Assembly: GCA_966252305.1 (NCBI GenBank)
Contig: CBINOO010000004.1
Coordinates: forward strand, 27,066 to 91,065
Length of the DNA: 64,000 nt
Direction of reading: 5' to 3'
Origin: an uncultured Acidimicrobiia bacterium
Lineage (GTDB): Bacteria; Acidobacteriota; Vicinamibacteria; Vicinamibacterales; SCN-69-37
A program made the translations under genes and the position numbers. Of this stretch, positions 10,967-20,254 are shown piece by piece. Numbering within the stretch: the first letter of the stretch is position 1; the number at the start of each line of letters is the position of its first letter. A model generated the notes under the pieces. That model did no database searches. It had not been told where the DNA came from and saw nothing but the letters and a program-made list of their open reading frames with translations.

Positions 10967-12415
10967 TCAATCTCCGATGACGACCCGCAGGCGCGCGCCG
11001 GTGACGGGCGGCGTCCCGGGCGATGAGCCGTTCATGATCGCAAGCGCGTTGGCGCTGATGGCGCCACGGCCGAGGGAGGTCGCGAGTGACTCCCAGGTGT
11101 CGCCCGTTCGCGCGGTGTGAAAGTCGATGCGCGCAGGTTGAATGGCATCCGCTTCTGCCTGCGAGAGGCCTCGAAACGAACGAATCACCGCAGCAAACGT
11201 CGAGTCGGCTGACGAAAACGATGCGGCCGGAGCGATGCCTGCGATGCGATACACGCGCCCGGAGTGCCCGAAGAAGGCAGCCCGGACACCATACGTATTC
11301 TGCCCATCGTCGCCCGCGAAGACGCCGACCCACCCGTTGAGCCCGTTCACCGTGAGGGCATCGCCGGACTGCAGCGAAAAGCCCGCCTCTTCCATCGCCG
11401 CCCGTCCAGCCTGCGCCGGCGTTCGGCCTTGCGCGTCGACCAGGTCCAGCACCATGCCGATGCCCTGCCCGTCTGGCGGCACGGCGTTCACCGCCGTCGA
11501 GCCGTTCGAGATCGTCCAGGCCTGTGGGAAAGTGAGCGCGATGCGCATGATCGGATGCAGGAAATCGCGGCCGCGCACGATCCCCTGTTCGCGGCTGTCG
11601 CCAAACACGAGTCCGTCAAGCCTGCGCGTAAATTCGTCCTCATTGACCCGTGTGGATGAGTCCGTGCGCGCCTTCGCGGCAATCTCCTGCACGTGCTCGA
11701 TGCGATCGGCCGGCAGCGGATGCGTCGAGAGGAAATTCGGGACGCCTCGGCTCTGGCCGTCGGCTTCCGAGAGTCGGCCAAGTGTGCCGAGCATCCCCGC
11801 CATGCCGGAGGGATTCCAGCCGCCCTGCGCTGCGTATTGCACACCGAAGCTGTCGGCTTGCAGTTCGGCATCGCGGCCGTACTTCAGAAACAAGAGGCCC
11901 GTCGCAACACTCGCAAACTCGAGCGCCGTGCGTTGCTGAGGATTCGCGAACAAGCTTGCAATCCCCAGGGAGCCGCCGACCAGTGTCTGCCGCGAGTACG
12001 CTTCTGCGCCGTGCAGGGCGGTCACATGCGCGATTTCATGACCGAGGACGTTGGCCATCTCGGCCTCGTTCTGCAGAAACGGCAGGATGCCGCGCGTCAG
12101 GTAGATGTAGCCGCCTGGCAGCGCAAATGCGTTGATCGCCGAGGCGTCGACGACCGTGAATGTCCACGGCAGCGAGGGTCGATGTGACTGCTTCGCCATC
12201 GCCTGACCGACGCGATTGACATACGCCTGCCAGTCCTGGTCGGCATAGACACCCATTTCCTGGCGAATCTGCGCGTCGGATTGTTTGCCGAGCGCCACTT
12301 CTCGCTCTTCGGACAGGATGTTGAGTGTTCGCCCACCGGTCGCGGGATTGGTAACACACGCCGTGATCAACGCGATTGATGAAACTGCCGCACCCAGCCA
12401 GACACGCGCCGTCAT
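10967..12415 (-). CDS. M48 family metallopeptidase with C-terminal LysM-like domain, probable lipoprotein
   Basis: HEIAHV zinc motif is present. The N-terminus MTARVWLGAAVSSIALITAC is lipoprotein-like. The C-terminus (TGDTWESLA...ALAIMNG) is LysM-like. Start moved to the ATG at 12415. Confidence 0.8.
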   Translation of the reverse strand: MTARVWLGAAVSSIALITACVTNPATGGRTLNILSEEREVALGKQSDAQIRQEMGVYADQDWQAYVNRVGQAMAKQSHRPSLPWTFTVVDASAINAFALPGGYIYLTRGILPFLQNEAEMANVLGHEIAHVTALHGAEAYSRQTLVGGSLGIASLFANPQQRTALEFASVATGLLFLKYGRDAELQADSFGVQYAAQGGWNPSGMAGMLGTLGRLSEADGQSRGVPNFLSTHPLPADRIEHVQEIAAKARTDSSTRVNEDEFTRRLDGLVFGDSREQGIVRGRDFLHPIMRIALTFPQAWTISNGSTAVNAVPPDGQGIGMVLDLVDAQGRTPAQAGRAAMEEAGFSLQSGDALTVNGLNGWVGVFAGDDGQNTYGVRAAFFGHSGRVYRIAGIAPAASFSSADSTFAAVIRSFRGLSQAEADAIQPARIDFHTARTGDTWESLATSLGRGAISANALAIMNGSSPGTPPVTGARLRVVIGD

Positions 12416-12419
12416 CACG

Positions 12420-13526
12420 TCACCTCCGTCTATGAGCGAGGGCATCCTCCAGCGCCGAGAGCACGCGCCGGACGTTGGCTTCCGTGGCTCCCGTGCCCAT
12501 CAATCCGATCCGCCAGATCCGCCCGGCCAGGGGTCCAAGGCCGGCGCCGATCTCGATGTCGTGTTGTTGAAGCAGGTGCGTGCGTACGGCCTTTTCATCG
12601 ACGCCCTCAGGCACACACACCGCATTGAGGCTCACGAGCCGCTCACCAACGGGAGGCAGCAGCTGAAGGCCAAGCGCGGCAGCGCCCTCGACGAACATGT
12701 CGTGCACCCGCTGATGGCGCTGCCACCGGGCGTCCAGGCCCTCCTCGAGCACCTCGCGCAGCGCCACACGAAGCGCATACACGAGCGGCGACGAGATGGT
12801 GTGGTGATACTGACGCCGCACCCAGAAGTCTTCGAGCTTTGACGCGTCGAGCGCAAAACTCCGGACCGACGGGGCGAGCCTGCGGGCGCGTTCGGACATC
12901 GCGAACGGCGACAGTCCTGGCGGCGCGCCAAGGCCTTTCTGGCCGCAGGAGTAGACCACGTCGGCGTCCCACGATCGCATGTCGACGGGCACGGCGCCCA
13001 GGGTCGTCACGGCGTCGACGACGAGCAGCGCCTCGCGAGCCCGCACCAGGGGCGCGATCTCTGCGATGGGATTCACGACGCCCGTGGATGTTTCGCCATG
13101 GACGATGCCGACCACGTCGAATCGGCCGTCGACGAGTGCGCGTTCGACAGCCGCGGGATCCACGGCGCGGCCCCACTCGACGTCGAGCCGCTCCACATGG
13201 GCGCCGTGACGCTGAAAGATCTGGGCCAGGCGATCACCGAAGTAGCCGCCGACCACGACCAGCGCGGACATGCCGGACTCGAGCAGGTTGCCGGCCGCCG
13301 CGTCCATCGCCGTGGTGCCGGTGCCGGAGACGGCGGTGGCAAACGCATGATCGGACGTCAGCATCACGTCCTGGAGATCCATGCGGATGTCATCGAGCAG
13401 CGCAACCAGTTCGGGGTCCAGATGTGATCGCGGCGGTGCCGCCAATGCCTCGCGCACAGCGGTCGACACCGGCGAGGGGCCGGGGCCCAGCAACAATCGC
13501 TCGGAGGTGGGCAGCGCGGACCTCAT
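12420..13526 (-). CDS. class V aminotransferase (alanine-glyoxylate / serine-pyruvate aminotransferase-like)
   Basis: Starts MRSALPTSERLLLGPGPSPV, followed by ...SCGQKGLGAPPGLSP (PLP-Lys region). Its ATG overlaps the upstream stop (ATGA at 13523-13526). Confidence 0.8.
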   Translation of the reverse strand: MRSALPTSERLLLGPGPSPVSTAVREALAAPPRSHLDPELVALLDDIRMDLQDVMLTSDHAFATAVSGTGTTAMDAAAGNLLESGMSALVVVGGYFGDRLAQIFQRHGAHVERLDVEWGRAVDPAAVERALVDGRFDVVGIVHGETSTGVVNPIAEIAPLVRAREALLVVDAVTTLGAVPVDMRSWDADVVYSCGQKGLGAPPGLSPFAMSERARRLAPSVRSFALDASKLEDFWVRRQYHHTISSPLVYALRVALREVLEEGLDARWQRHQRVHDMFVEGAAALGLQLLPPVGERLVSLNAVCVPEGVDEKAVRTHLLQQHDIEIGAGLGPLAGRIWRIGLMGTGATEANVRRVLSALEDALAHRRR

Positions 13527-14401
13527 CGCCACTCCTCGAGGGCTGCGCGGATCTCGTCGGCTGCAGCGGTCGATGCCGGTAGCAGTGGTGGCCGCACCGG
13601 GCCACCGGGGTAGCCCAGCAGGTCGAGCGCGCACTTGAGGCCCGCCACGCTGTGCACGCTCGACACGAGTTGCGCGATACGCAGCACGCGCTGCTGCAGC
13701 GCTCGGGCCTCGTCGTGCCGGCCCGCACAGAAGTGGTTCCACAAGGTCACGCATACATCCGGCAGGATGTTCGCTACTGCAATGATCGCGCCGGATGCTC
13801 CCATGACCCAGGCGGGGTACGCCACGGGCGCCCACCCCGACAACACGACAAACCGGTCCGGCGCCACTGCCGCAAACTGCGCGTGACGTTCCAGATCGTT
13901 GCTTGTTTCTTTCATGCCGATCACGTTGGGATGGTCGGCCAGCGTGCGCACGAGCGGAAGCGTGAAACTGAATCCGGCCATTCCGGGCACGTTGTACAGC
14001 AGCACGGGCACGGGCGAGGCATCCGCCACTGCACGGTAGTGCGCCTCAAGGGCCGCAGGCGTCATCTGCGTCTTGAAGAAGGACGGCGCCCGCACGAGCA
14101 CGGCATCGGCGCCGAGGTCGGCCGCGCGGCGGCACGCGGCGATGGTCGCGCGGGTGGATTCCCTGCCGGTGCCGACCAGCAACACGCGATCACGGGACAC
14201 CTCGCTGCGAGCAGTGTCGACAATGGCGTCGGCTTCCGATTCGTCAAGCAGCCCGGCTTCGCCGTTGGAACCGAGGACCAGGGCGCCGGCGAGCGACGAC
14301 CGTGCCAGGCGCTGCAGCTGGGCGCGCAGCGCCGCACGATCGACTTCACCGTCAGTGCCGAATGGAGTGGGAACAGGTGGAAAGATGCCGCGAATATCCA
14401 C
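13523..14401 (-). CDS. DapA/DHDPS-family aldolase (dihydrodipicolinate synthase or 4-hydroxy-2-oxoglutarate aldolase-like)
   Basis: IFPPVPTPF...GALVLGSNGEAGLL...IGMKETS are typical class I aldolase DHDPS-family motifs. Confidence 0.8.
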   Translation of the reverse strand: MDIRGIFPPVPTPFGTDGEVDRAALRAQLQRLARSSLAGALVLGSNGEAGLLDESEADAIVDTARSEVSRDRVLLVGTGRESTRATIAACRRAADLGADAVLVRAPSFFKTQMTPAALEAHYRAVADASPVPVLLYNVPGMAGFSFTLPLVRTLADHPNVIGMKETSNDLERHAQFAAVAPDRFVVLSGWAPVAYPAWVMGASGAIIAVANILPDVCVTLWNHFCAGRHDEARALQQRVLRIAQLVSSVHSVAGLKCALDLLGYPGGPVRPPLLPASTAAADEIRAALEEWR

Positions 14402-14413
14402 GCGGGCAAGGTA

Positions 14414-15367
14414 TCACGCTCGCCACGGACTGCGGGAGAGTCGTTGCACGAGGAACACCACGACAAACAGCGCCAGCGCCGGCGTGAGGAGCCACGGCGC
14501 CCGCTGCATCGCCGACAGGCTGGCGGCATCACGCAGCATCGCCCCCCAGCTGGGGGTCGGCTCGAGGAAGCCAAGGCCGAGGTACGAGATCGTCGATTCG
14601 GCAACCAGAAACGCCGGAATGAGCAGGACCAGCTCGGCGCGAAGGAACCCGAACGACGCGGGCATCACGTGCCGCAACAGTCGCCACGGCCCGGCCCCGG
14701 TGGCCCGCGCTGCCTCCACGTATTCCCGCTCGCGCTCCACCATCGTCACCGCGCGCACGCCCCGCGCGACGTGGGGCCAGCCGGCGATGGCAAACAGCAG
14801 AGACAGCACGCCGAAGACGGCCGGCGCATCCAGCGTCACGGGCAATGTCGCGCGCAACAGGAAGACGAGATAAACCCCGGGCAACACAATCAGCAGATCG
14901 GCGATGCCGCTGATGACGACATCGGCCCATCCACGCCACATGCCGGCCGCCGTGCCGATCCAGAGTCCCAGCCATAACGCCGCCAACGCGCCGGCCAGGG
15001 CGACACCGAGTGACAACCGCGCGCCGTGCAGCAGGCGGGACCAGACGTCCCGCCCGAGCGCGTCAGCGCCCAGCAGCAGCAGTGGCGCGTCAGGCTCAGC
15101 GACCGATACGAGCCGACCTGCGGTGAACCAGCGCAGTGGAATCCGGCGGGACGTCTCCTCATCGAAATCGCGCGTCACAGGATCGCGAAGGACCTGGCGG
15201 TACACGAACGGTGCGTGCCAGCCCTCGGCATCCCGAACATGCACGCGCATCGGGGGCGCCCACGCACGGTCGCTGAATTGTTGCCAGGGCGCGTGGGGCG
15301 CAATCCAGCCGGCGGCCAGTGTCAACAGCGTGATGACAAACATGGCCCCGGCTGCCGCGCGTGTCAT
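14414..15367 (-). CDS. ABC transporter permease (peptide/nickel type, DppC/OppC-like)
   Basis: Polytopic protein with an EAA-like loop (REYVEAARATGAGPWRLLRHV). Start moved to the ATG at 15367, which overlaps the upstream stop (ATGA). Confidence 0.85.
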   Translation of the reverse strand: MTRAAAGAMFVITLLTLAAGWIAPHAPWQQFSDRAWAPPMRVHVRDAEGWHAPFVYRQVLRDPVTRDFDEETSRRIPLRWFTAGRLVSVAEPDAPLLLLGADALGRDVWSRLLHGARLSLGVALAGALAALWLGLWIGTAAGMWRGWADVVISGIADLLIVLPGVYLVFLLRATLPVTLDAPAVFGVLSLLFAIAGWPHVARGVRAVTMVEREREYVEAARATGAGPWRLLRHVMPASFGFLRAELVLLIPAFLVAESTISYLGLGFLEPTPSWGAMLRDAASLSAMQRAPWLLTPALALFVVVFLVQRLSRSPWRA

Positions 15368-16287
15368 GACACGCGCTCCGTGACGCGCGGATCGACAACG
15401 GCAGCGAGCAGGTCGGCGGCCACGTTGCCCACGGCCAGGCACACCGCGCCGGCCCAGACACAACCGGCAATGAGGGTGACGTCTCCCGAGTGCACGCCGT
15501 CGAGCAACAGGCGTCCGAGCCCCGGCCACGACGCGATCATTTCAACCGCCAGCGACCCGCTGAACAACGTGGCGATGACGATCCCGAGCACACCCAGGAC
15601 CGGACGCAACGCCTGCCGCGCGGCGTGGCGCCAGACCAGCCGCGTGAGCGGAATGCCGCGCGCCGCTGCCGCACGTACGCCTCCCGCCTCCATCGCTTCG
15701 CGCGTGGCCTGCGACTGCAGGCGTTCGAGCATGGCTGCGACCGGGAGCCCAAGTGCGAGTGCCGGCAGGGCGAGAGCGCCTTGTGCGGTTGACGGAATCC
15801 CCGTGAGGACGCCGAGATACAGCAGACCAAGCGCGCCAATCAGTGGCGGGCACGCGACCAGCAGCAATGAAAGCGCCGTGATGACCTGCGCGAGCAGCCG
15901 CCCCTGGTTGGCGCCGGTGAAGATCCCTGCCGGGATGCCAAGGACGATTGCCAGCAACAGGGAGACCGCCGCGAGCCAGGCGGTGTTGGCTCCGCGTTCG
16001 ATGACGAGATCCCGCACAGGGCGGCGATACAACGACGATTCACCGAAGTTCAGTGTGACGACACCCGCGACCCAGCGAGCGGTCTGCAGGATCAGCGGAT
16101 CATCGAGGCCGAGCTCCGCGCGGCGCGCAGCAATGACATCGTCGGAGACGCCCGCAAGGCGGTCTGCGGTCGTTTCATCGCCCGGCGCGAGTCGTGCCAG
16201 TGTGAACGCACACGTGGACACGAAGAGGACGAAGACCACGCCGACTGCCGCGCGGCGCGCGACAAAGCGGAGCCACGTCGGCGTCAC
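15364..16287 (-). CDS. ABC transporter permease (DppB/OppB-like)
   Basis: N-terminus is RFVARRAAVGVVFVLFVSTCAFTL. Contains TREAMEAGGVRAAAARGIP. Its start overlaps the SBP gene end. Confidence 0.85.
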   Translation of the reverse strand: MTPTWLRFVARRAAVGVVFVLFVSTCAFTLARLAPGDETTADRLAGVSDDVIAARRAELGLDDPLILQTARWVAGVVTLNFGESSLYRRPVRDLVIERGANTAWLAAVSLLLAIVLGIPAGIFTGANQGRLLAQVITALSLLLVACPPLIGALGLLYLGVLTGIPSTAQGALALPALALGLPVAAMLERLQSQATREAMEAGGVRAAAARGIPLTRLVWRHAARQALRPVLGVLGIVIATLFSGSLAVEMIASWPGLGRLLLDGVHSGDVTLIAGCVWAGAVCLAVGNVAADLLAAVVDPRVTERVS

Positions 16288-17987
16288 TGCCCGCCGTTCG
16301 ACACCGAGAGGCGATCGGCGTTCCAGAGAATTGGCGGAAAGAAGATCTGCGGCACGGCGCCGCGGACACGGCCGCTCACGGGAATGATCACGCGAGGTGC
16401 CACGAGCCAGATCGCCGGAAGATTGTCCGCGAGCAGTCGCTGAATCTCGGCAAACACGCGCACGCGGGTCGGGCCGTCGACGGTCGTGGCCTGCTCACGG
16501 AACAGCTGGTCGATCCGGGCCTCCCACGCAGTCGAGGGCGAGGGTTGTCCCGGGTACCAGTAGTGAAACCCTCCCTGGCTCATCCAGAACGAGGCGTTTG
16601 GCTGCAGGGATGGCGCGCGACCGCCGAAGTACATCGCTTCGTAGGTGTGATTCGACATCCGCGCCCCGAGTTCCTGGCCGGACAGGTTGACGATGTCGAG
16701 GTCGACGCCGACCTGTCGGAGATGCTCCTGCGCGATCGACAACGTACGCTCGCGATCGGGAGCGCCGGCGCGATTGAGCACGCTGAAGCGCACCGGGCGT
16801 CCGCGATCATCCTCGAGCCGGCCGTCACCGTTCCGATCGGTCAGGCCAATGGAGGCCAGGAGCGTCTTCGCTTTGCCCTGATCAAAGGGCGTGGTCGGCA
16901 GATCCGGCACGTACCAGGGACCGTGCCCGGGCGTGACCGGACCGTACGCCGGCAGTGCCTGGCCGAAGTAGACCGTGTCGGCGATCACCTGCCGATTGAT
17001 GGCGTGCGAGAGTGCCCGGCGAAACTCGGGCTTCTGGAGCCAGGGCTTCTCGGCGCGCGCCTGCGCCTGCGGACTCAGGTCAAACCACAACGTCGTGACA
17101 TCGATCGCCGGACCGGCGTCGGCCAGGTGGATGCGGCCATCCTTGGCGGCGGCCTGGAGTGAGGCGAGATCGTCAGGCGCGGCGGCATCCATGATCACGT
17201 CGGTCTCGCCCGCCAGCAGCCGTGCCATTTCGGCGTCGTACTCCGGAATGATGGAGAAGTCGATGGCGTCCAGATACGGCAGGGCGCGACCGTCGGCGTC
17301 CTTGAGGAAGTAGTGCGGATTGCGCTCGAACCGGAAGCGTTGCCCCGGCACGTACTCCTTCACGACAAACGGGCCGGCGCCCACGATCTCGGACGGCGGC
17401 GTGTTCATCGTCCACACCGTGGGCAGACGGTGTTCGGCGCGCGCGGTTTCGAGCTTGTGGCGCGGCAGGATGAACAGCGTGTCGAACATCGCCATCCCGG
17501 GACCGTACGGGGCCGGGAACACGATCGCTACGCGATGTTCGTCGAGGGCGCGGGCGGTCACGGGCTTGCCGTCGACCATGAAGTCCCCGGCCGAGGGCAG
17601 TCCTTCGGTGGCGGCCAGTGAGAACACGACGTCCGCCGAGGTGAGCGGCGTGCCGTCGGAGAACTTCGCGTCGGGATGGAGGTCGACCGTCCACGTCAGG
17701 CCGTCGGGCGAGCCGGCCCACGCCGTGGCGACGCGCGGCTCAAGTTCTCCTTTTGGGGATGTGCGCACCAGCGTCAACTGCGTCAGCAGGCTCAGCGTGT
17801 GATTGGGCGCGGTCGGGGGAACGACCATTCGGATGTAGTTGGTGGGTTCGGCGCGGTAACTTGCCTTGAGTGTGCCCCCCCCAACCTGTTGTGGGGTACC
17901 AGACGCCCCACCGCAGTGGGCGGCGGACAGGGCAAACAAAAGACAAAAGAGCGCGCTGACGGGCCGGAATGTGCGGTTTTTGAGCAT
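16284..17987 (-). CDS. ABC transporter substrate-binding protein, family 5 (peptide/nickel)
   Basis: 567 aa with a signal peptide. Length and motifs are typical of SBP_bac_5. It is the first gene of a minus-strand operon. Confidence 0.85.
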   Translation of the reverse strand: MLKNRTFRPVSALFCLLFALSAAHCGGASGTPQQVGGGTLKASYRAEPTNYIRMVVPPTAPNHTLSLLTQLTLVRTSPKGELEPRVATAWAGSPDGLTWTVDLHPDAKFSDGTPLTSADVVFSLAATEGLPSAGDFMVDGKPVTARALDEHRVAIVFPAPYGPGMAMFDTLFILPRHKLETARAEHRLPTVWTMNTPPSEIVGAGPFVVKEYVPGQRFRFERNPHYFLKDADGRALPYLDAIDFSIIPEYDAEMARLLAGETDVIMDAAAPDDLASLQAAAKDGRIHLADAGPAIDVTTLWFDLSPQAQARAEKPWLQKPEFRRALSHAINRQVIADTVYFGQALPAYGPVTPGHGPWYVPDLPTTPFDQGKAKTLLASIGLTDRNGDGRLEDDRGRPVRFSVLNRAGAPDRERTLSIAQEHLRQVGVDLDIVNLSGQELGARMSNHTYEAMYFGGRAPSLQPNASFWMSQGGFHYWYPGQPSPSTAWEARIDQLFREQATTVDGPTRVRVFAEIQRLLADNLPAIWLVAPRVIIPVSGRVRGAVPQIFFPPILWNADRLSVSNGGQ

Positions 17988-18221
17988 GACGAACCTCAGT
18001 GCGAGGGGGGCAGATTCTCCTGTGGCGTACCGTCCTGAACGGGCGTATTATGGTGCAGTTTCACGACTTACGGGTGACGACCGCTTCGCCACTGCTGAGT
18101 CGCGACGCGTGGATCGAATCGTGGCCGGACGGCAAGTGCAGTACTGTCAGCGTTTTACGGAATCTTCACCTGGCAGTTGTGTGACACGGTACCTGCGTAG
18201 GCGAACGTCAACGGGCTAATT

Positions 18222-20105
18222 ATGGACGCGAACATCACCTCTCCTCGTCGTGTGTATCGGACGCTGGTCGGCATCATCGGCCTGGCGCTGATCTTCGGAT
18301 TGCTGAGTCCCGCGACAGCATCGGCTGATTGGCGTCGGCGCATGTCGCCTGAGCTGGCGGCGAAGATAGCGGCTGCGAAGTCCGATCGGTATCGGTCCAG
18401 CTGGAAGGCACGTTCGTCGCGCGCGGAGCAGCAGCTGTTCCAGATCGTGCTGACGGCGCCGCAGTCAGTGGTCGATCACCTGGGCCGCAAGTACGGCGTG
18501 CGTTTGATGAAGCGGATGATCATCGGCGGCCTGTTTGAGGGCACGGCCGACCAGGTCGACGCGCTCTCGAACGACCCTCAGGTGTCGGGCATCATCGAAA
18601 ACGTCCGTGTGTTCTCGATGATGGCGGTGACCTCGCAGGCCACCGGCGCCAACCAGGTATGGCAGGGCGCCAACGGGTCGTCGTACGGCGGGACGACGGG
18701 TCTGGGTGTTGGTGTGGCGGTCATTGACTCCGGTATCGCGGATCACGGCGACCTCCGGAATCGCGTCAGCGCTCGGCTCGACTTCACCGGTGACAATCTG
18801 CGCTGGGGCGGCAACGACGATTACGGCCACGGCACACATGTGGCGGGCATCATTGCCGGCAGCGGCGAAGGCAGCCGGGGCTGGTCTCGCCATTCGTCCT
18901 CCACCGCCGCGTATACGGGCATGGCGCCCGGCGCGACGCTGGTGAGCGCGAAGGTGCTGGGCGCGGATGGTTCCGGCTACGTGGCGGATGTCATCGAGGC
19001 GATTGACCATTTCATCCGGTACCGCGAGTTCTACGACGTTCGCATTCTCAACCTGTCGCTGGGTCATCCCGCCGGGCAGCCGTATCGTGAAGATCCGCTG
19101 GCCGACGCCGTTCGTCGAGCCGTTGAATCCGGTCTGGTCGTTGTGGCGTCGGCCGGCAACCTTGGCCGCACCGAAGACCACAAGCCCGTGCTGGCGTCGA
19201 TCGTGTCGCCCGGGTATTCGCCGTATGCACTGACGGCGGGCGCGCTCAACACGAACGGCACGGTGTTCCGCAGCGACGACACACCGGCGACATTCAGCTC
19301 GGCCGGTCCGGTTGTGGATCCGGGCACGCCGGCGCCGCAGTCACCCTCGGAGCTGCCGGCCAACGCGTTGCTCAAGCCGGATCTTCTCGCGCCGGGCAAC
19401 AAGATCGTTTCGGCCATTCCGACGGGCTCCACCTTGTGGCGCAATCCTGAGCTTCGGGATCGTCGGGTGATTGGTTCGCGCGGCGGGTCGTATATGTGGC
19501 TCTCGGGCACGAGCATGGCGGCGGCCGCGACGAGTGGTGCGGCGGCACTGCTGCTTCAGGCGCGTCCGGACCTCACGCCGTTTGAAGTGAAGACGGCGCT
19601 GCAGTTGACGGCCCAGCACCTGCCCGGCGTGGGCCTTGTGAAGCAGGGCGCCGGCAGCCTGAACGTCGCGCTGGCTGTGCGCTTCGCCAAGAACCGCAAC
19701 ATTCAGCAGCTCGACCTGACCAACACCATCGGCGGTGAACAGGCCTGGGCCAGCGGCATCTCCTTCGGCCAGGCATCGACCTGGGGCCAGACTCTGATCT
19801 GGGACAACACTCTGATCTGGGATAACAACAACGGTGGACTCCCCGGTCAGACGACGCCGTGGGCAGATACGCTGATTTGGGACAACACTCTGATCTGGGA
19901 CAACACCCTGATTTGGGATAACACCCTGATTTGGGACAACACCCTCATTTGGGACAACGCTCACATCTGGGGCGACACGCTCATCTGGGATAACACCCTG
20001 ATCTGGGATAACACCCTCATCTGGGACAACACTCACTTCTGGGGACAGACCCTGATCTGGGATAACACCCTCATCTGGGACAACACCTTGATCTGGGATA
20101 ACTAG
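18222..20105 (+). CDS. S8 (subtilisin-family) serine peptidase with C-terminal (TLIWDN)n repeat region
   Basis: Catalytic motifs VAVIDSGI, HGTHVAGII and SGTSMAAA are present. There is an N-terminal signal/anchor. The C-terminal approximately 105 aa are hexapeptide repeats. Confidence 0.9.
   Translation: MDANITSPRRVYRTLVGIIGLALIFGLLSPATASADWRRRMSPELAAKIAAAKSDRYRSSWKARSSRAEQQLFQIVLTAPQSVVDHLGRKYGVRLMKRMIIGGLFEGTADQVDALSNDPQVSGIIENVRVFSMMAVTSQATGANQVWQGANGSSYGGTTGLGVGVAVIDSGIADHGDLRNRVSARLDFTGDNLRWGGNDDYGHGTHVAGIIAGSGEGSRGWSRHSSSTAAYTGMAPGATLVSAKVLGADGSGYVADVIEAIDHFIRYREFYDVRILNLSLGHPAGQPYREDPLADAVRRAVESGLVVVASAGNLGRTEDHKPVLASIVSPGYSPYALTAGALNTNGTVFRSDDTPATFSSAGPVVDPGTPAPQSPSELPANALLKPDLLAPGNKIVSAIPTGSTLWRNPELRDRRVIGSRGGSYMWLSGTSMAAAATSGAAALLLQARPDLTPFEVKTALQLTAQHLPGVGLVKQGAGSLNVALAVRFAKNRNIQQLDLTNTIGGEQAWASGISFGQASTWGQTLIWDNTLIWDNNNGGLPGQTTPWADTLIWDNTLIWDNTLIWDNTLIWDNTLIWDNAHIWGDTLIWDNTLIWDNTLIWDNTHFWGQTLIWDNTLIWDNTLIWDN
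19791..20102 (+). repeat. 18-nt in-frame tandem repeat encoding TLIWDN (13 perfect units, 2 in-register variants, one 14-aa spacer)
   Basis: Read unit by unit from the sequence. Ten distinct synonymous 18-mers encode the 13 identical peptide units. Confidence 0.95.
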
Positions 20106-20254
20106 GCCAGCGCTACCGGCCAATATTGCTTGAAGTCGCGAATCACAACGTCGGAGTAACGAGATGCTGACTCAAGAGATCATCGTTTGGAGCTAACTTA
20201 GCTCTGGCGGGTGCGGCCCTTTCTGGCCGCCCCGCAACCCACAGGCCGAGCCCG

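Noticed and set aside
13652-16387. Plus-strand ORFs 13652-14977 (441 aa) and 15026-16387 (453 aa)
   Set aside because: They are antisense to the DapA-like and ABC permease genes. Their low-complexity Arg/Pro/Ser/Ala translations mark them as artefacts.
18171-18186. TGGCAGTTGTGTGACA upstream of the S8 gene as a sigma-54 promoter
   Set aside because: The position 10 nt after GG is AC rather than GC, so it fails the GG-N10-GC rule.
17988-18221. 234-nt divergent leader between the ABC operon and the S8 gene, considered as a possible riboswitch (for example c-di-GMP GEMM)
   Set aside because: I could not find the conserved GEMM blocks (ACGCAAAGC-type) or any other riboswitch signature by eye. 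A covariance-model scan would be needed to be sure.
19341-20123. 260-aa minus-strand ORF with VIPDQG-type repeats
   Set aside because: It is the mirror image of the TLIWDN array. The plus strand has the S8 catalytic triad and is continuous with the repeats. Synonymous-site variation fits the plus frame.
20116-20131. CCGGCCAATATTGCTT upstream of the HD-GYP gene as a sigma-54 promoter
   Set aside because: Only 8 nt separate GG and GC instead of 10, and the -24 element is not TGGCAC.
20164-20196. Mini-ORF MLTQEIIVWS, preceded by GGAG 7 nt upstream, between the S8 and HD-GYP genes; it ends in I-V-W-S, reminiscent of the L-I-W-D repeat
   Set aside because: At ten codons it is far too short to distinguish from chance, and there is no conservation evidence. 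It is worth a glance only if ribosome profiling or peptidomics data exist.
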